NCBI GenBank assembly: GCA_047495785.1
Contig: JBLDXI010000002.1
Location: 2,852,001-2,916,000, forward strand
Direction: 5' to 3'
From: Lepidodermella squamata
Taxonomy: Eukaryota; Animalia; Gastrotricha
Length of the DNA stretch: 64,000 bases
Made by a program: the position numbers and the translations under genes. Position 1 is the stretch's first letter, and each line of letters opens with the position of its first letter. Under the pieces are notes generated by a model. The model saw nothing but the letters and a program-made list of their open reading frames with translations. It was not told where the DNA came from and did no database searches. Positions 24,661 through 39,200 of this stretch are shown here, piece after piece.

Positions 24661-27600
24661 TCCAGGAGAACCCCGACGGAACCTGGAAACGCTGAAATAA
24701 GGCATGGCGAGCTCTTCGTTGCTGTAATTGAGATGAAAATCGAGAATCAAAAATTATTGTCCCGAGCCCGAAGCGAATTTTTTCTGGTGTCAAGTTGAAA
24801 AAATCTGTATTCGACACAACTCTCGAAGCGATACGCCTATTTTCGAGCCGGATACAGTCTAGAATGGTGTCAATCCTTCCAGACAAGCATCGTCGGAAAT
24901 CCTGGCGTATATGGCGAGTCGTAGAAGCCGGCCTAAAATTCGTTCCCCTCAAATCCGGAAACCGTTTTGCATCCAAGACTTCAGTTACTGAGCGCGTTCC
25001 CAGCTCGGCTCATCTGCTTGCGTCAAATGTTTATATGTTCCCGTGTTTGACGATGCATGAAACCTCCGCTTTTGTATTATATCTGTGCCTTCACTAATTT
25101 TCTTACAAGTACCTTTCCCCCGCGTTCTCATGTTAAAAACACGTTTTGTATATAAAATCTGCGCGATAAAACATCTGCTACTGTGTTTGAATTATAAGTG
25201 AATATGCAATATTGATTTGAACTTTGAACTATTGAGATTATTCCTGTTTCAGACGGATTATTTGGTGTTCTATCGATATATTCAATCAGAAAGATTATTC
25301 CTGGTATTATTTGAATCATGGGTTTTGCTTGAATCACGGAAAATATGTTGAAATTTCGTTTGTTGGGCGTAACAATTGTTTGTTAGCGTTCATGTTCGGA
25401 AAAATGGTTATCTCTATGATCGGCCGCGTTTTAGTTTATTTAGTTCGTATATGTAGTTAGTTTGGGTGATGATGCGCAACTTGAATTTTACCGACTACCA
25501 TGAAGAACTAGGGAATTAGCGATGATACTCGCGATTGAAAAATTGATTGAAAGCGCTTTTTGTTGGATTTTTTCTAATTCGTTTTTAGCGCTCTTTTCTT
25601 GAGTAAAACCACCCATTTTTCGCCAACACTTTTAACCGGCTGTACTTCTTCGAAGCATTTTTATTGTAGCTAGATACGGGTTTGAACCATTCGAAAAGGC
25701 GGGTGTGTAACGGCCATTTGCTTTGGCGCCCTCCGGAAGCTGAAAAATTTTCGTAAAAAAAAATAACTCATTTTCAACCAATTTTTTCGTCAGGCGTTGT
25801 ATCGCCAATTTTAATGCCTTTTTTCTCTCTCCCTCTTCTGATATCTTTGTGACGGCGATTTTTACCGATGATTATAGCTGATTGTGAAACGAGCCGTCGC
25901 CTTGTTAAACTGGAATCAAGTTAAAAGTGGTGATGCCTGTATTGAAAATTTCTTGAAAAGTTGTGTTTGCTCCTGCAAAATTTTCACTATTCGAACCTAT
26001 TCGAAGGGTTCAAGGTCATTCGCAATGAGAAACTCGCAAGTTTAATTTTGGTTTCCGGTCACTTATCGAATATTTTTTATACGAAAAACTCGAATTATTC
26101 AATGTGTTATCTCGCAAATTTTCTTGATTTTTTTGTTGTGAATGTGAGCGGATACTGTAAGTTGGGAAAATAGAAAATTTGCTATTTTGGCGGAAGTCGC
26201 TATTATTGACTCGGGAGGTTTCAAAAATCCCGCAATCGTTGAAAATATTGACTTTTTCTCAGCTCATCCGTCTGCATAATTTAGCGCATCTCGTCGCTCA
26301 ATTTTACGAAGTTTTCGTTCGCTGTTGGCTGGCGAATTTTTTTAAAAAAAACAGCTTCCATCACTCAGTGAGAATTGTTGTCATTATTCTCCCGGTTTAT
26401 TTATTCTCTGATTTATTCGATTTATTTTATTCTCATGCCATTCTATAGCCAGGATAAACTTCTTCTTCTGGCTTTTTATTGCAAGAAATCGTTCGCAGCG
26501 CCCTTCAGAATTTATTTGATGTAAAAATGAGGTTAATGAGTTTGACCTAGTGCGGTGTGAGGTTTTTTTCTGTCTGCACGTGGCACAACGACGACGCAGT
26601 GCGTTTGATAAACACGCCGGCATGCTTAGCACGCTACGCAGTGGTGTGATCAAAACGCCGCGAGGTCAATTCGATAAACAGTTGCAATTATCGCATTCTT
26701 TTGCAGTGCTGTGAAATGTGATCATTGATCTCAGTTTTAGTTATTTCTCTCCTTGATAATGTTTCAGCAGTTCATCCATCATATAGTATCTCTTGTCTCG
26801 TCTGTTTGAAATCATCCATCGACCAGGCCATCAAGGAATTCTTATCCATAAGACTCGCCGCCTGACCCATCGCATCCGCCTGGAATTTTTTTAATTATTT
26901 ATCGTTGATAAATTTGCTGCTGCATGAAATTGATTATTATACAAATAACCTTTTCTTTTATAGATTTTTAAATTTCTCTCAGCGCTCGAATTGAATTCGG
27001 TCCATCCAGACTTTGCCATGCTCACCAGCTCAAACCCAATGCGATCTGAACTGTCGAAATTCGCAATGCCAGCCACATCTAAGCACCTATCGGCAAGCTC
27101 ATTTGATACTTCGTAAGTACCACTTTGTCTAGCATTTTAAAGTCTGGGAAATAAAGTTATCGAAAAATTAATAATTCCGCCTTTTCCCTTCAATTTGAGA
27201 AACGGCTTCATTGCTGTTGCTATATTATGAAATCGTTTTCGAACCAACAGCCCGATTCTTATTCGCGTCAAGCCTCGGTTGTTATTTTGCCTTTTTACCA
27301 AATTTGTTTCCTTACAGGGCTCCAGAGCTGACCTGGATGGTTCTTTTGTTTCGTTTGCCTGGGCCGTTGTCGGAGCTTCTAAACATACAACGGCACCCTA
27401 CTTGGGAAATCAGTCAAGCACACTCGCCAGCGTTCAAAATCGTGCACAAAGACAGCCAATGGTCGATTTGCGGAGATATGCTATGAGGAGCAAGCCCACT
27501 CGGTCGAGGCGACATCCGAGTGCGATTTCCCCAAGCTGATGGCTCTTCCTTGGTATCGAAGCGCCTCTATTTCGTCCGCTGATGAAGATTTGTGGCGATG

Positions 27601-28499
27601 ACCATCTCGTTTATCGTGGTCACGGTTTCGCACAGCTTTTTCAATGCTCAACATGGATCGGCTGTAAAGCCGGCGGACTCGAATCACTACTTCGAACTTC
27701 ATATCTGCTGCCCGAATGGACACGGAATCGAATACCGTGGCGAACTCGACGATGAACGAGGTCAATAATTATTTATTTAATGAAGCTGTGGGAAATGATA
27801 TTAAGGTTGGTTTATTTTCGCTTATGAACGATGAACGATGATTGGTATCGTGCGAATCAAAATTTTTCGTTCAATATTTTCCGATTTTCGCTAAATTTCA
27901 TTATTTGATTGTTGCAGATCAAAATTTGATTTTTTAAAGCACTAATCTCAGAATCTGGATTACCATTTTTCGAATAACTTGACGGAATAGCAAAATCATT
28001 CGTAATTAGTAGAATATTTTTCTAATTTTCTGAATTTTCGAATTGAATAATTTCAAAAATAAGTTGTGCGCAAAATTATCGTCACTGGTCATATTCTTGA
28101 CGAATGTGGCGGAGATCTTCGTTTTCATATCGATTGTCGACGGCTTGCTCCAAGCTTGAGCTATACTGCGGCCGCGACGAAGTCTTCCGCTTTAAACTAT
28201 GGTGATACGACAAGCCCATCGGCTTCTTACCCGGAGAAACGCCTGATATGAAGACAAGACAACCGAGCAAGGTTTCGATTCCGCCTTCACTTCAGCGAGT
28301 TCAGCTTCTAACACCTGCTGCGATTCATCGAGAAATGATTGACTCAGTGGCTGAGTCCTCCTCGACGCTCCAAGGCGAACCTCGACCGATCAAAATCTTC
28401 ATCCGCCGCCTCAGCCCGGGCACCTCCAAGCGTCGAGTTTGTTCTTCTAGCGACGGAACAGGTTCAGGCGGAGTTCACTTAGCCTGGTACTGAACCCAG

Positions 28500-29290
28500 A
28501 TGTCCGCTGCTTCATTTGCCGCCTGTGCAGCCACGCGGCCGAGCCTCTCGTGCGTCTCCCTCAATAATGCCACTTCTTCGTCAAGCACCCGTTGGCGGGC
28601 CATTACTATTTCAACATCCCTCCGTCAGCTATTGCCGGCTGTCTCGCCACGCGGCCGAGTTCGGTGTGCACCTCCCCCAACCTGGCAACTTCCTGGTCCA
28701 GCTCCCGCTGACGGGCCCTCGCTACCGCCACATCTCTACGATTTAGGTATGCTCCGCGGCAGTAGCTCAGAACTGCCCGGCGGGTTCTGCCGCGCCGGTC
28801 CAGAAATCGCACAGGCAGGAGGCCTCTCATACTCCTCGCTCATTATGGCCACTTTTGTTGAGAACAAGTTTTGTTGAGTTTTTGCGAACAAGTTACCGCC
28901 TAGGCTGTAATGCTCGGAGTCGAGCTTGTACTTCCAAGCGGCGTAACAGATTGAAACGGTTTTAACTGGGAGTAGCCTGGAACTGGGCACAAGCGTCCTC
29001 CGCAGCACGTGCCGCCTCAACAGCCACGCGGCCGAGTTCGGCGTGCATCTCCCCCAACCTGGCAACTTCCTGGTCCAGCACCCGCTGACGGGCCCTGGCT
29101 ACCGCCACGTCCCTACGATTGAGGAATGCCTCGCCGCAGTAACTCAGAACTGCCCGGCGGGTTCTGCCGCGCTGGTAAAGAAATCGCACAGGCAGGAGGC
29201 GAAGGTCGGCCTCCCTCGGCCCTGGCGCTCGGCGACACATCGAGCGATGATCGGCTCGACATCTCGCCTCTCCTCGTTAGTCGATGGTCG
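28500..29290 (-). repeat. Tandem, partly degenerate copies of a GC-rich coding-like unit
   Basis: Repeated RLLPVRFL.RRGRTRRAVLSYC..A.LNRRDVAVARARQR.LDQEVARLGE.H.ELGRVA; further copies at 31180-32140. Confidence 0.8.
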
Positions 29291-29348
29291 ACCTAGTAGA
29301 ATATGTACAGTAGCAATCAATTGAATGATGAATACCAGAAAAACTTAC

Positions 29349-29450
29349 GGACCAACGGCTGGTCGTCGCCTTCGCCGTCGTGCAAGTAATTTTCCATTTA
29401 AAGGACCAACGGCTGGTCGTCGCCTTCGCCGTCGTGCAAGTAGTTTTCCA
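29349..29450 (+). repeat. ~54-bp tandem duplication
   Basis: GGACCAACGGCTGGTCGTCGCCTTCGCCGTCGTGCAAGTA twice. Confidence 0.9.
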
Positions 29451-29579
29451 TAACGAAAATTTAATACGAAAAATAACCAAAACGAAAAATAATAGTCCAG
29501 GAATAATATATTTATAGGAATATATATTAATTCATCAGACAAATTAATATCATCTCATTTAATTGTATTTTTATTTTAG

Positions 29580-30430
29580 CCCATTCCTGTCGATTTGGCA
29601 AATTTTTTGGCAACTGCGAGAAGGACTGGTTCGACCTGCGGTTGGGCGAGCGTTCTGGGGCTTCGTGCAGCAACACGTCAGCGACTACGTTGTACCCGAT
29701 GTACAACCGGGACAACGAGGCGATGGCGACTCGCCGCCTGCGAAATACGTGATTCGGCGCAAGTTGGCCCCAATCCACCCAATCGGCCCTTCAATTATCC
29801 CAGCTCTTCCCGTCATCTTTCGGCCTGTCCAACTCGATGACTGCGAGTGCGTCGCTGGCCTTGTCGAAACTGGAAAGTATCACCGAGCGGCAGAATACGG
29901 TGTATGACGACGACGACTCGCCTGGCGGTGAGTATTACGACGGCGATCGTGAGTCGGACGAACCGCAGTCGCCCTCGATCGAAGCAGTGGTCGATTCTTC
30001 GCAACAGCACCCGCTGATGGCGGAAACGAGGTCGAATGAGCAACGCCTTAACGGGGCTGGCTCGAAAACGCCGTCTCTCGACTTGGAGTCAGCCGCCAGT
30101 TTGCCCCTGCCGTCGCCTACTGTTTCAATGCCGACAACCATGCCGACGCCGACAAGTGGACCGCCCTTGGCAGTCGAGTGGCAGAGTCTACGCAAAACTG
30201 TCGCTTGTCGATCGTGTCGCGTCCCATTTCATGATGCTGAACGCAAGGTACGTGTTTTATCCCTGATTCGCCGTGAACTGTTATGCGAAAATTTCCATTT
30301 CGATTTTTCAAAATTATCTTTATTTTTCCTTGAAATTTTATTTGAAATTTTTTACCTCGCGATTTTATGGCCCAAGATAAAATTCGCCAAATTGCAAGTT
30401 TACCTTCGACGCGGTCACTTAATTTTTTAA
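29580..30430 (+). pseudogene. Probable RING-finger gene remnant
   Basis: TTTTAG acceptor; S/P-rich exon ending CRSCRVPFHDAERK|gtacgt; downstream VYLRRGH resembles xLxCGH. Confidence 0.4.
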
Positions 30431-31179
30431 TTATACAAATTTGTACCCGAAATTTTAATTCACTTAATTTAATTGGTAACATTTTCACCTATTCGAATTG
30501 AAATCCTTCTAACGTTTTGAATTTTTGCGCACGCATTTTTGTTTGAATGAGAGCACGGGCATATTTTGCTCGTCTTCAAGTACAAATTTAAGAAGGAGTT
30601 ATTGGTTGAATCCCATCCGGGTTTTGTCCTAAATTAAGGCTCAGAAATAATTATTGGGTAGTGAAGTTAGAACCAAAAATTGCAAAAGCTGTTGAAAACT
30701 CCACGTCTCGCTTCGTGGCACAACCTGATTTTTGTACCGAGTACCGATTAATGTCTCCTAGCCATCGTGCGCGCGCCTTTTTCATGGGCGACTTCCTCGG
30801 TTAGCTATTTAACTACGCTTGCGAATTTGAGCCGGCATTCGATTTCCGTCTTTCCGTCGCCCGCAGTCACGTAATTCAATAAACCTGGACAGTTCCGTAA
30901 AATCTGGCGAACGGCCTTCTTCGAACCTACTTCTGCGCACACTAGGTGCAACAAGTTGCTGCCTCGGAAGCGGGTCCTCTGGTCAGCCCCCCTCTTAAGC
31001 CATTTCGGGGCGGCTCTTGCCTCTGGCCGACAGGCCGAGCCACCATTGGTTCCCGCTTGTCGACCGCAAAAACTTGATGGTTGGGCGCCGTATTTATTGT
31101 TCTCGCGTCTCTTGTTCGTCCCACTCGACATGATTCACATCGAACCTGGCGCATTCTTCCATCAGATCACAATAATTCT

Positions 31180-32430
31180 ACAATAAGCGGTTCGGCAGGA
31201 GTTCATCGAGATCCGCTAGGGTAGGTCCTCGGCGCTCTGCGACGCATCGAGCAATAATAGGCTCGACGCGTTGCTTCTCCCGGCCGGTACAGGGACGCCC
31301 GTTGCGGACCCGACCTATTATGAAACAACGGGTATGAAAAAAATCGTGGTTTCTAAAGGGCAAAATTTATAAAATTTATTTAAAAAAAAGAGATCTTGGT
31401 GGAGCTTGTAGCCCGCCCTATTAAGTTTTGTGGAGAACAAGTAGCTGCGTGCAGCCACGCGGTCAAGGCTCTCATACTCCTCGCTCATTATGGCCACTTC
31501 TTTCGTTGAGAATAAGTTTTGTTGAGTTTTTTGCGAACAAGTATCCGCCGAGGCTGTAATGCTTGGAGTCGAGCTTGTTCTTCCAAGCGGCGTAACAGGT
31601 ACAGACGGGTTTAGCTGGGATTAGCCTGGAACTGGGCCCAAGCGTCCTCCGCAGCATGTGCCACCGCATCGGCCACGTCACCGAGTTCGGCGTGCTCTGC
31701 CGCCAACCTGGCGACTTGCTGGTCCAGCTCCCGCTGACGGGCCCTGGCCACCGCCACGTCCCTACGATTGAGGAATGCATCGCTTCTCCTCGTTAGTCCA
31801 TGAACGTGCGACCGGGGACGGCTGAATTTTTCTGGAGTAAAAATTAAATATATATATATATATATTGGTGGAGCCTTATTAAGTTTTGTTGAGGTTTAGT
31901 AGCTTAGCTGCACCCGAAGCGCACAGGCTAGAGACACTCGTCGGTTGAGATAAGCTTCGCGGCAGTAGCTCAGGACTGCCCGACGGGTTCTGCCGTGCCG
32001 GTCCAGAAAGCGCACAGGCAAGAGGCGAAGGTCGGCTTCCCTCGGCTCGAGCTCATTGAGATCCGCTAGGGTAGGGCCTCGTCGCTCTGCGACGCATTTA
32101 GCAATAATAGGCTTGACGAGTTGCTTCTCCCGGTCGGTCCAGGGAAACAAATTAAAACAAATAAAATTGAACAGCTTGGTGGAGCTTGATGCCCGCCTTA
32201 TCAGGTTTTATATGGTCCCTAAATTTCCACCACAGACTGCTTCGTTTTTTGTTTTTCGATGTTCGATTTCAAAAATTCAAATGTTAAAATTTAAGCCATA
32301 TCATCTAATTATATATATTTTTATTTTAGCCCAGTCTTGTCGATTTGACACATTTGTTGGCGGTTGGCGCAACTGCGAGAAGGAGCGGTTCGACCTGCGG
32401 TTGGGCGAGCGCACGCACTCGTTCTAGGGC
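31180..32430 (-). repeat. Further copies of the 28500-29290 unit and of the 29570-29660 exon start
   Basis: Direct similarity, e.g. 31472-31780 to 28830-29130 and 32325-32410 to 29570-29652. Confidence 0.8.
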
Positions 32431-33565
32431 ATTGTGCAGTAAGTAATACGTCAACCCGATCTCTTATCTCTCTCGCGACTTGCTCGTCTGGAGTGCATTT
32501 CAAGCGAGGCTCTGTCGACAAATCGGCAAGTCTGAAGAAGTGATTCGGCGAAAAGTAACATCTAAGTAAGATTCAAGACTTTCTTCGAGAAGTTTTCTTT
32601 TTGGTATACTGTTATTGAAAATTGAAAATGGGAAATTTTGAATTTTGAATAATTTAAAAGCCACTTATTAATTTGTATATTTTTCATTTTAGCTCATTCG
32701 TCGATTTGGCACTCGACTCGGGAGGTGGATTTTTCGACTCGAAATGCATTTCATGGTAACTGCTGAAAGTGGCGTTTCATTCACAAATCCCGGCTAAAAT
32801 TGAGAACTTGCCAAACTTTCTGGAGATAATCAAAGCGAAGCCGTCTGGGAACGCGCCCCTTTGAAATCCGATGACTGTTCAATATTGGAATTCTCCGTTT
32901 TCTGACCGCATCCATACTGCTCAACTGCTTGGAAGAATGTGCGAACTAAAAGCCTCATTTCTCTTGGTTTTTAATGTTGTACCTAGAACAAACATTTTCG
33001 CGTTTTAAACGCCTGTGTTGGCCTACTGAATTCGCAGCAAAGATGAAATAATATTCGAAATATTTTTGACGTGACCTCCTTCGAGAATTGTGAAGCCATG
33101 GCTCTCTTTTCTTACTGTTTTTGTAATTTCGTGTAGTTTTGGCTGTAGTTGATGAGGGAATTTTCACTTGATAATAAAAGGCTCAATTCGAAATTATTTT
33201 TTTACTCTAAAATCGCTCAGGTGCGCGTGTCCAAAATTTATCTGAAAAATGCATTTTTAATGAAATTCTCAATTGCTGTAAAAATGACGAAAGAAATGAA
33301 GGAAGTCGTTCTCCCTCGAAATTGTTATCGAAATAACCTTCGAAAGATTGAGTGTGGTGGTATCCTCTATCCTTTATTTTGTGTGATAACGCGTTGAAAA
33401 TTATTTTATTTTAAGTTCAAATCGAATCTTATTGTGCTCGCAAGACCTCGAATGTATCCCTGTTTTCTTCTTTTTCGATGCTCGATCTTTTCGCCGTTAT
33501 TTCTTGATCGCCTAGCTTGTAAACTTGCTTGTCCGTCATTTGCGTACGTACTGTCTTAGAGTATA

Positions 33566-34037
33566 CCGTATTTTATTTTTATCGAATTTTATCGAATAAT
33601 ATCCTAGGATACTATTTGTTTCCGAACTCGGTGGAAATGGTGGAAAAAATCGGGCTATTATTCGAGGGGGCTTTTAATCTAGGCAGGCTATTATTCATCC
33701 TGGAACTCACATCATCACTTGAACACCTTAATCACACGACATTGATAAAATATGCACACATTATCTGCGTCGCTGCAGCCAAGCTTGAATTTGCTGTCGC
33801 TATCGTTTTTGTTGCCGCAGTTTTCCTGTCTTTGTCCTTTTAACATCTTTTTAAACGCTAGACGCCTTCCCCATTTTATCCATCAGCTGATCATGGGCCT
33901 ATCGCTATTGTTATGTGGCTATTATTCGAGGTGGGCTATTATTAACCTCTAGACTCAATATTTCAGTGAATTTTTGGGGCTATTATTCGAGGGCGTTATT
34001 ATTTGAGGTTGGATACTACTTATTCGATAAAATGCGG
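33566..34037. mobile_element. Tc1/pogo-type MITE
   Basis: TA flanks; TIR CCG(T/C)ATTTTAT..TCGAATA; internal GGGCTATTATTCGAGG repeats. Confidence 0.75.
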
Positions 34038-35554
34038 TAGATCACGTTTGGTTGTATTTTTGGCGACGGCATGATATTCGTGCGTTTAACTTGACACTTA
34101 ACTGCGGCAAAATGCAGGAATTTCTCTGTCGTTTATATCTCTATTCTGTTTAAGCTGGGAGAAAGTAAAAAACTGCCGATTTTTCCACCGTATCCTCTGG
34201 CGCCGAGCAAATGTCACCGAGAATTGAACCACGAAGAACGAATTGAGGCTAAAAATTGCGCTTCGACTGGGAAATCTGCCCGCCGAGGCACTCAATAATT
34301 GAGAATTCGGTGAATACTAACTAGGCCTGCGTGTATTGAACATTTTCTTTCGAATGATGGAAAAATATTACCAATTTTCGAAATACAATTGTATTAATAG
34401 CGAAAATCAGGTTTCATCCGAAGCCATTTTTGTATTAATTTTCTTAAATTTCGAATTTCGCATTCCCACTTCCCACATCCACCTCAAATTTAATTTTCCA
34501 TGATGATATAATGATATAATTTTTTGGTTTTTTTTCGCTAAATTCCTGCTTACAATGAGATATTTCATTGGTTCTCGAACTATTCAGCTAACCGGCCAAA
34601 TTTAGGGCCTGTCAATTGCAAATTACGGTTCCATGCCCTCGGCCGTATGTAAATTAATGTAAATTTACTGGTTTGGTAAATGTAGGTTTTATGTTTTATT
34701 AACCCTTTTATTAATAATAATAATAATTCATCTTTATAATTCAAAATGTTGCTTTTGTATCTTTCATCGAAGATCGTACCTCGATTGTTGTCCTTTCGAC
34801 GCATGAAGACGCAAAATCTCATAAGTAAACTGGGCCCCGTTTTCGTCAACGTAGACGCCAAATTCTTGAGATAACCGAATTAAGTAATTAGTATTGATTT
34901 ATTATTTGGACTCGTGCAAAATAATTAATAATCACCTGTAGGCGGTAATCGGCGAACAATTCCAACATCAACCACAATTCTACCACCTGCTCAAAACCAA
35001 GTGATTTCCAGCATGCGGGTCGTTTTCACCGCGATAGACTGTTACTTCTCGAGCCTTGGCCAGCAAATAATTTCGCGCCTCGCGCTATCGCTCCATGTGG
35101 CAAAGATATAGCTCTACCGGTACGACTGTCGGGATTCCATTATCCGCTGGTCGCAAGTCGCAACTCTTTCCTGTTCCTAATTTGCAGAAAAATATGGTTC
35201 AAACTCCGCTGAATGTCAGAAGTTTGTTGTCAACTTAGATTCGGATCAGATTCAATCGATCAGCAATGATATGAAGCAGCTGTTATCGAAGGAAGGAACT
35301 TCTGGGATGTTCCAGCTTTTGGATGCCGTAAGTATATGTCAGAGGAATTCGGGATTTTTTCATTATTTTCCCTTGGATTTTAGCTGTTGAAGGTGCAGGG
35401 ATTTCCGAAAATCTTGTAGTGGGAGCCCATCGTTCGGACTCGTTTCCAACTCGCCCGTGCTCTGGAGAAAGAGCGCTACAACATCAGTTCAGGGAATTGC
35501 GACCCGTTCGATATCGGCGATCAGGACTCCCTTGATGTGCCAAGTAACCGGACC

Positions 35555-35650
35555 GATGTGATCACGAAATTCGCCTCTCGCTACAAGGGTCCCTATCCCG
35601 TCGTGGCTCGGGTTTCGCCTGTTACCTACGATATTCGCTTATTCGACTTA
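35555..35650 (+). mobile_element. Isolated gypsy GPY/F fragment
   Basis: KFASRYKGPYPVVARVSPVTYDI. Confidence 0.7.
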
Positions 35651-36284
35651 TCCGCCCATGATATCCTTGCCCTTAGCAACCGCCTCAAGTTGACCTGGTT
35701 GCGCGATTCGCGATGGTCGCATTTGACCCCCTGGTCGGCCCAGAGCGCTGCCAAGGTTACTGCGCCGGCCATTACGGCGCCTGCTTCATTTGCGTCGCGG
35801 CCGCCCGCCGCCATTGCCTGATCTTCGCCAGACACCCACCACAACACCGACTACTACAACGACCGCAAGTACAACGCCGTCGACTACAACGCCGGTACCG
35901 CGAAAACGTACCCCAAGCACGTCAGGCTTGCCCGAATCGTTCAGAATCGCTTCACCGCCAATAAACCGGACCAGCACCGTCCACATCCGACAAAGATAAC
36001 CGCCACTCGAACATCAATCAATTCAGCCCTATAATAACGTCAACGCCAGACCACAAATTTCGAATGCAAAATACCGACCATTTTTGACGGCATCGCAGTG
36101 TTTTGCTTTCAATGAAAAATTTCATCTTGATCCAATGGCTGTATTGATCATGCTTTGATATGATTATTCCATGTCAATTATTGATTGAAAATCACCTCTT
36201 GAATATTTGCTGTGAAACGGTTGAAAAGAACCACTTTGATTTCAAAGAAAATACTGACTAGTTAAGATTTTGATTTTTTCTTAG

Positions 36285-39200
36285 ATGGCATCAAATATTA
36301 ATGAAGCATTTAACGTTGAAGTCGAAGAAGCAGTGTTACCCCGGGCGAAAGCATTCAGTGAAAACGTCGATTTGATGCGAAGGTTGCTAGGAGACATCGT
36401 ATCGAGCTCTGTGGTTGACCTGGCTGAGATTCAGTCTCGGGCGCGCGTCCTCCTTAAAATGCCGGTTTCGCTCAATTTCGTCGCTCAAAAATCCCCGTCG
36501 GAAGCTAAGAGAAAACGATCGAATGAAAGCCGTTCTGGACAGAAATCGACAGCAAAACGGAAAAAGTCGATCATCATCAAGTTTGATGGCCTCAGCTTCG
36601 ATATTACCAATTCTGACGCTCTCATGGGCTTGCTGAACGCAGCTCGTACCGCTCTCATTCAGGGTCGTATCGAGACTGCTGCTGATCAAATCGAAAACTC
36701 TGCCTCCACAAATAGCCTGTTGTCGGTCAACGAAGAAGAAAACGAAGAGGAAAGCGAAGCGGAAGAAGAGGGCGAAGGTTTGTTATATTTTCGTTTGATT
36801 ACGATTAATCCAAACAGAAAATCCTATTCAGACCTGAATTCTTCCATCCTCCAACAGAAAACTAGCAATCACTTTAATCACTTAAGCTGGATCTTTCGTT
36901 TCGAGATATCTTTCAAATAATAAGGAATTGATAACATCAATGGAGATTCGATAGAATTTAACTTTACATCGAAATAATATCTGACTGCTTCGTTTTTGTC
37001 TCGACGTTGTCCCTGTTCACAAAATTGAAACCCAGGCTCGGAGATATCCTCGGGTCCAAAATTGCGTACCCAGACCGGTCCGTGCTAAGAAAACCAAACC
37101 CAGGCCGGGCTTGTTAGAGTTTCCATCGAAAACGTGGCGAGCGGAAATTAACCCATATCGGCACCGTTTTGCTGAAAAAAGGTGTACAAAATGAAAAATT
37201 TCTACCGGGCTTAGGCACGGGAACTGTACACTCAACCCACATTTACAGCGTGTCCCATAAGTTGCAAAACTAATTTTTAATTGGGCAACTTTTTGTAGGA
37301 AATTCAACCAATTTCTATGTATTAAGCTTACTGACAGAATATTTTACCTTTTATTCGCGATTTAACCGAATAAATAATAAAGTTACCGGAGAAAACCCGG
37401 AAAAACCCGATGGTAACTGGCTCGGTAATCTGCGGAATTTTACCCTGAATGGAATAACATCCCGAGAGACGTCTTCCCTAACGTTGTTAATATAGAATTT
37501 TTTAACGGTCAGATGAACAATCTAGGCCACCACTGTTAACATCTGTGTGGTGCCGAAAATATGCTATAAATAAAACAAAACCCGGTTGGACCATATTTCT
37601 CCGAACTTTTTTATCCCATTCACAAGTGGCATACTTGATTACTATCCCTGGGGTGTATTTTTATATTCAGCCCGGCCTGCCTGAACGCAAAAAAGCCGGG
37701 CACTGCCCATGTACATTTTTTTATTCTGCCCGCAAAGCCCGACTCGCCCGTGTCTTCCGCAGAGCATTCAGCAATTGTCACTGATTTCCGGCACTTCCCG
37801 GCCAGCCCGTAACGCCCGGCCTTTTGAGACTTAGCGAAGCCGGGCGATGAAGCAAAAAGTAAATAGGCACGCGATTTCACAGAATAAAATGGACAAAAAA
37901 TCATATGAATAATACCGCGACGACTTTATAACTTGACCCGCGATGAATCATCAAAGCTACCTAGCTGTGATCGCTTGGTGATCAACGTATGCCGCATTCA
38001 AATTTGCGATGAATTAATATTCCGGGGGTACGAATAAGGGCTAATAACGCGGTGATCGTTATTCGAGGGTGATAAATTGAAAGCGCCAGTCAAGATCCCA
38101 ACCGAGCCAAAGTTTGATCGTCTTTTATCTTACACGAATTGCAGCAAAATGGGCAGATTTATGAATTTTAGTATCGTCAAAATCCGAAATTCCGCCCTAA
38201 AAATCCGAAAGAAAGAAAGAAACCGACTGGGTTGTTATTAGACGAACACTCAACATCGCCGTACTCGATTTACTCATCTCCACTCGTCTTCGACTCGTTC
38301 AGATATAGACTCTTTACTCGTGCTATATCATACAAATAGGATAGTTGATACCAAAATTGATATCAAAGATGATATTCACAGCGTTAGAAACAGCGTCTAC
38401 ACACCCGCCAACTTTTCTCCCGCAATCACCCAATAACATTCAATAGTAATTATTCCGCGTTTCCCCACTGTCCCGCGGGAGAGTTGGGCTGTATTGCTGA
38501 ATGCATTCGGGCGCCCGCGTTTCCTAGATTTTTTATTGCTTTTTTCTTGCGATTCCCAGAAAATCCTAGCTCATCCGCAAAAAACACGGGCGAATAAAAA
38601 ATGTGCTCATTGCCCGCCCAGCCCAGATTTTTTTTATTTTTTTTCCCGGGAAATCCGGCGGGCTGCCCCGGGCAAGGCGGAAATAAAAAATACACCCCTG
38701 TGATTTTTTTATTTGTGTACAATTTTTTGGCCATTAGATGTGACTTCGTCTCAATTTTAGAGTTTCTGAACCCTGTTCCGTGTATTTTTCTTTGCTTGCG
38801 TTACTTATGGGACACGCTGTACTTCAGATTTGTTAATTGTCAACATGGCTGTTTGTTACAACGGTGTCGGTATGGAATTTCGAACATTTTTACCGGCCAG
38901 CAACAACAACAGTCGCAAATACCTCTCACATTTTCCTTCATACTATTAATATTTATTTTAGGAGATGCTACAGAGTCAGGCGATGTCGATTCTGGCCGCG
39001 AAGCTCTTGTTGCCGAAACGCTCATCGTGCTTCAGCAACAGCATACATTTGCAGCGAGCAAGCTGAAGCAAGCTTTCGAAGTCGGCTGCCATCTGCAATC
39101 TATCAAAAGGACTTTCCCTGATTCAGCTAAAGGTTTTTACCCATTTTGCTTACAAAAGTTCGGCCTTAAGAAAACTAGGATATACCAATACACTCTATTT

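Noticed and set aside
29349-29450. CRISPR-like repeat-spacer
   Set aside because: Only two copies, with similar intervening sequence, in a eukaryotic context with no cas genes.
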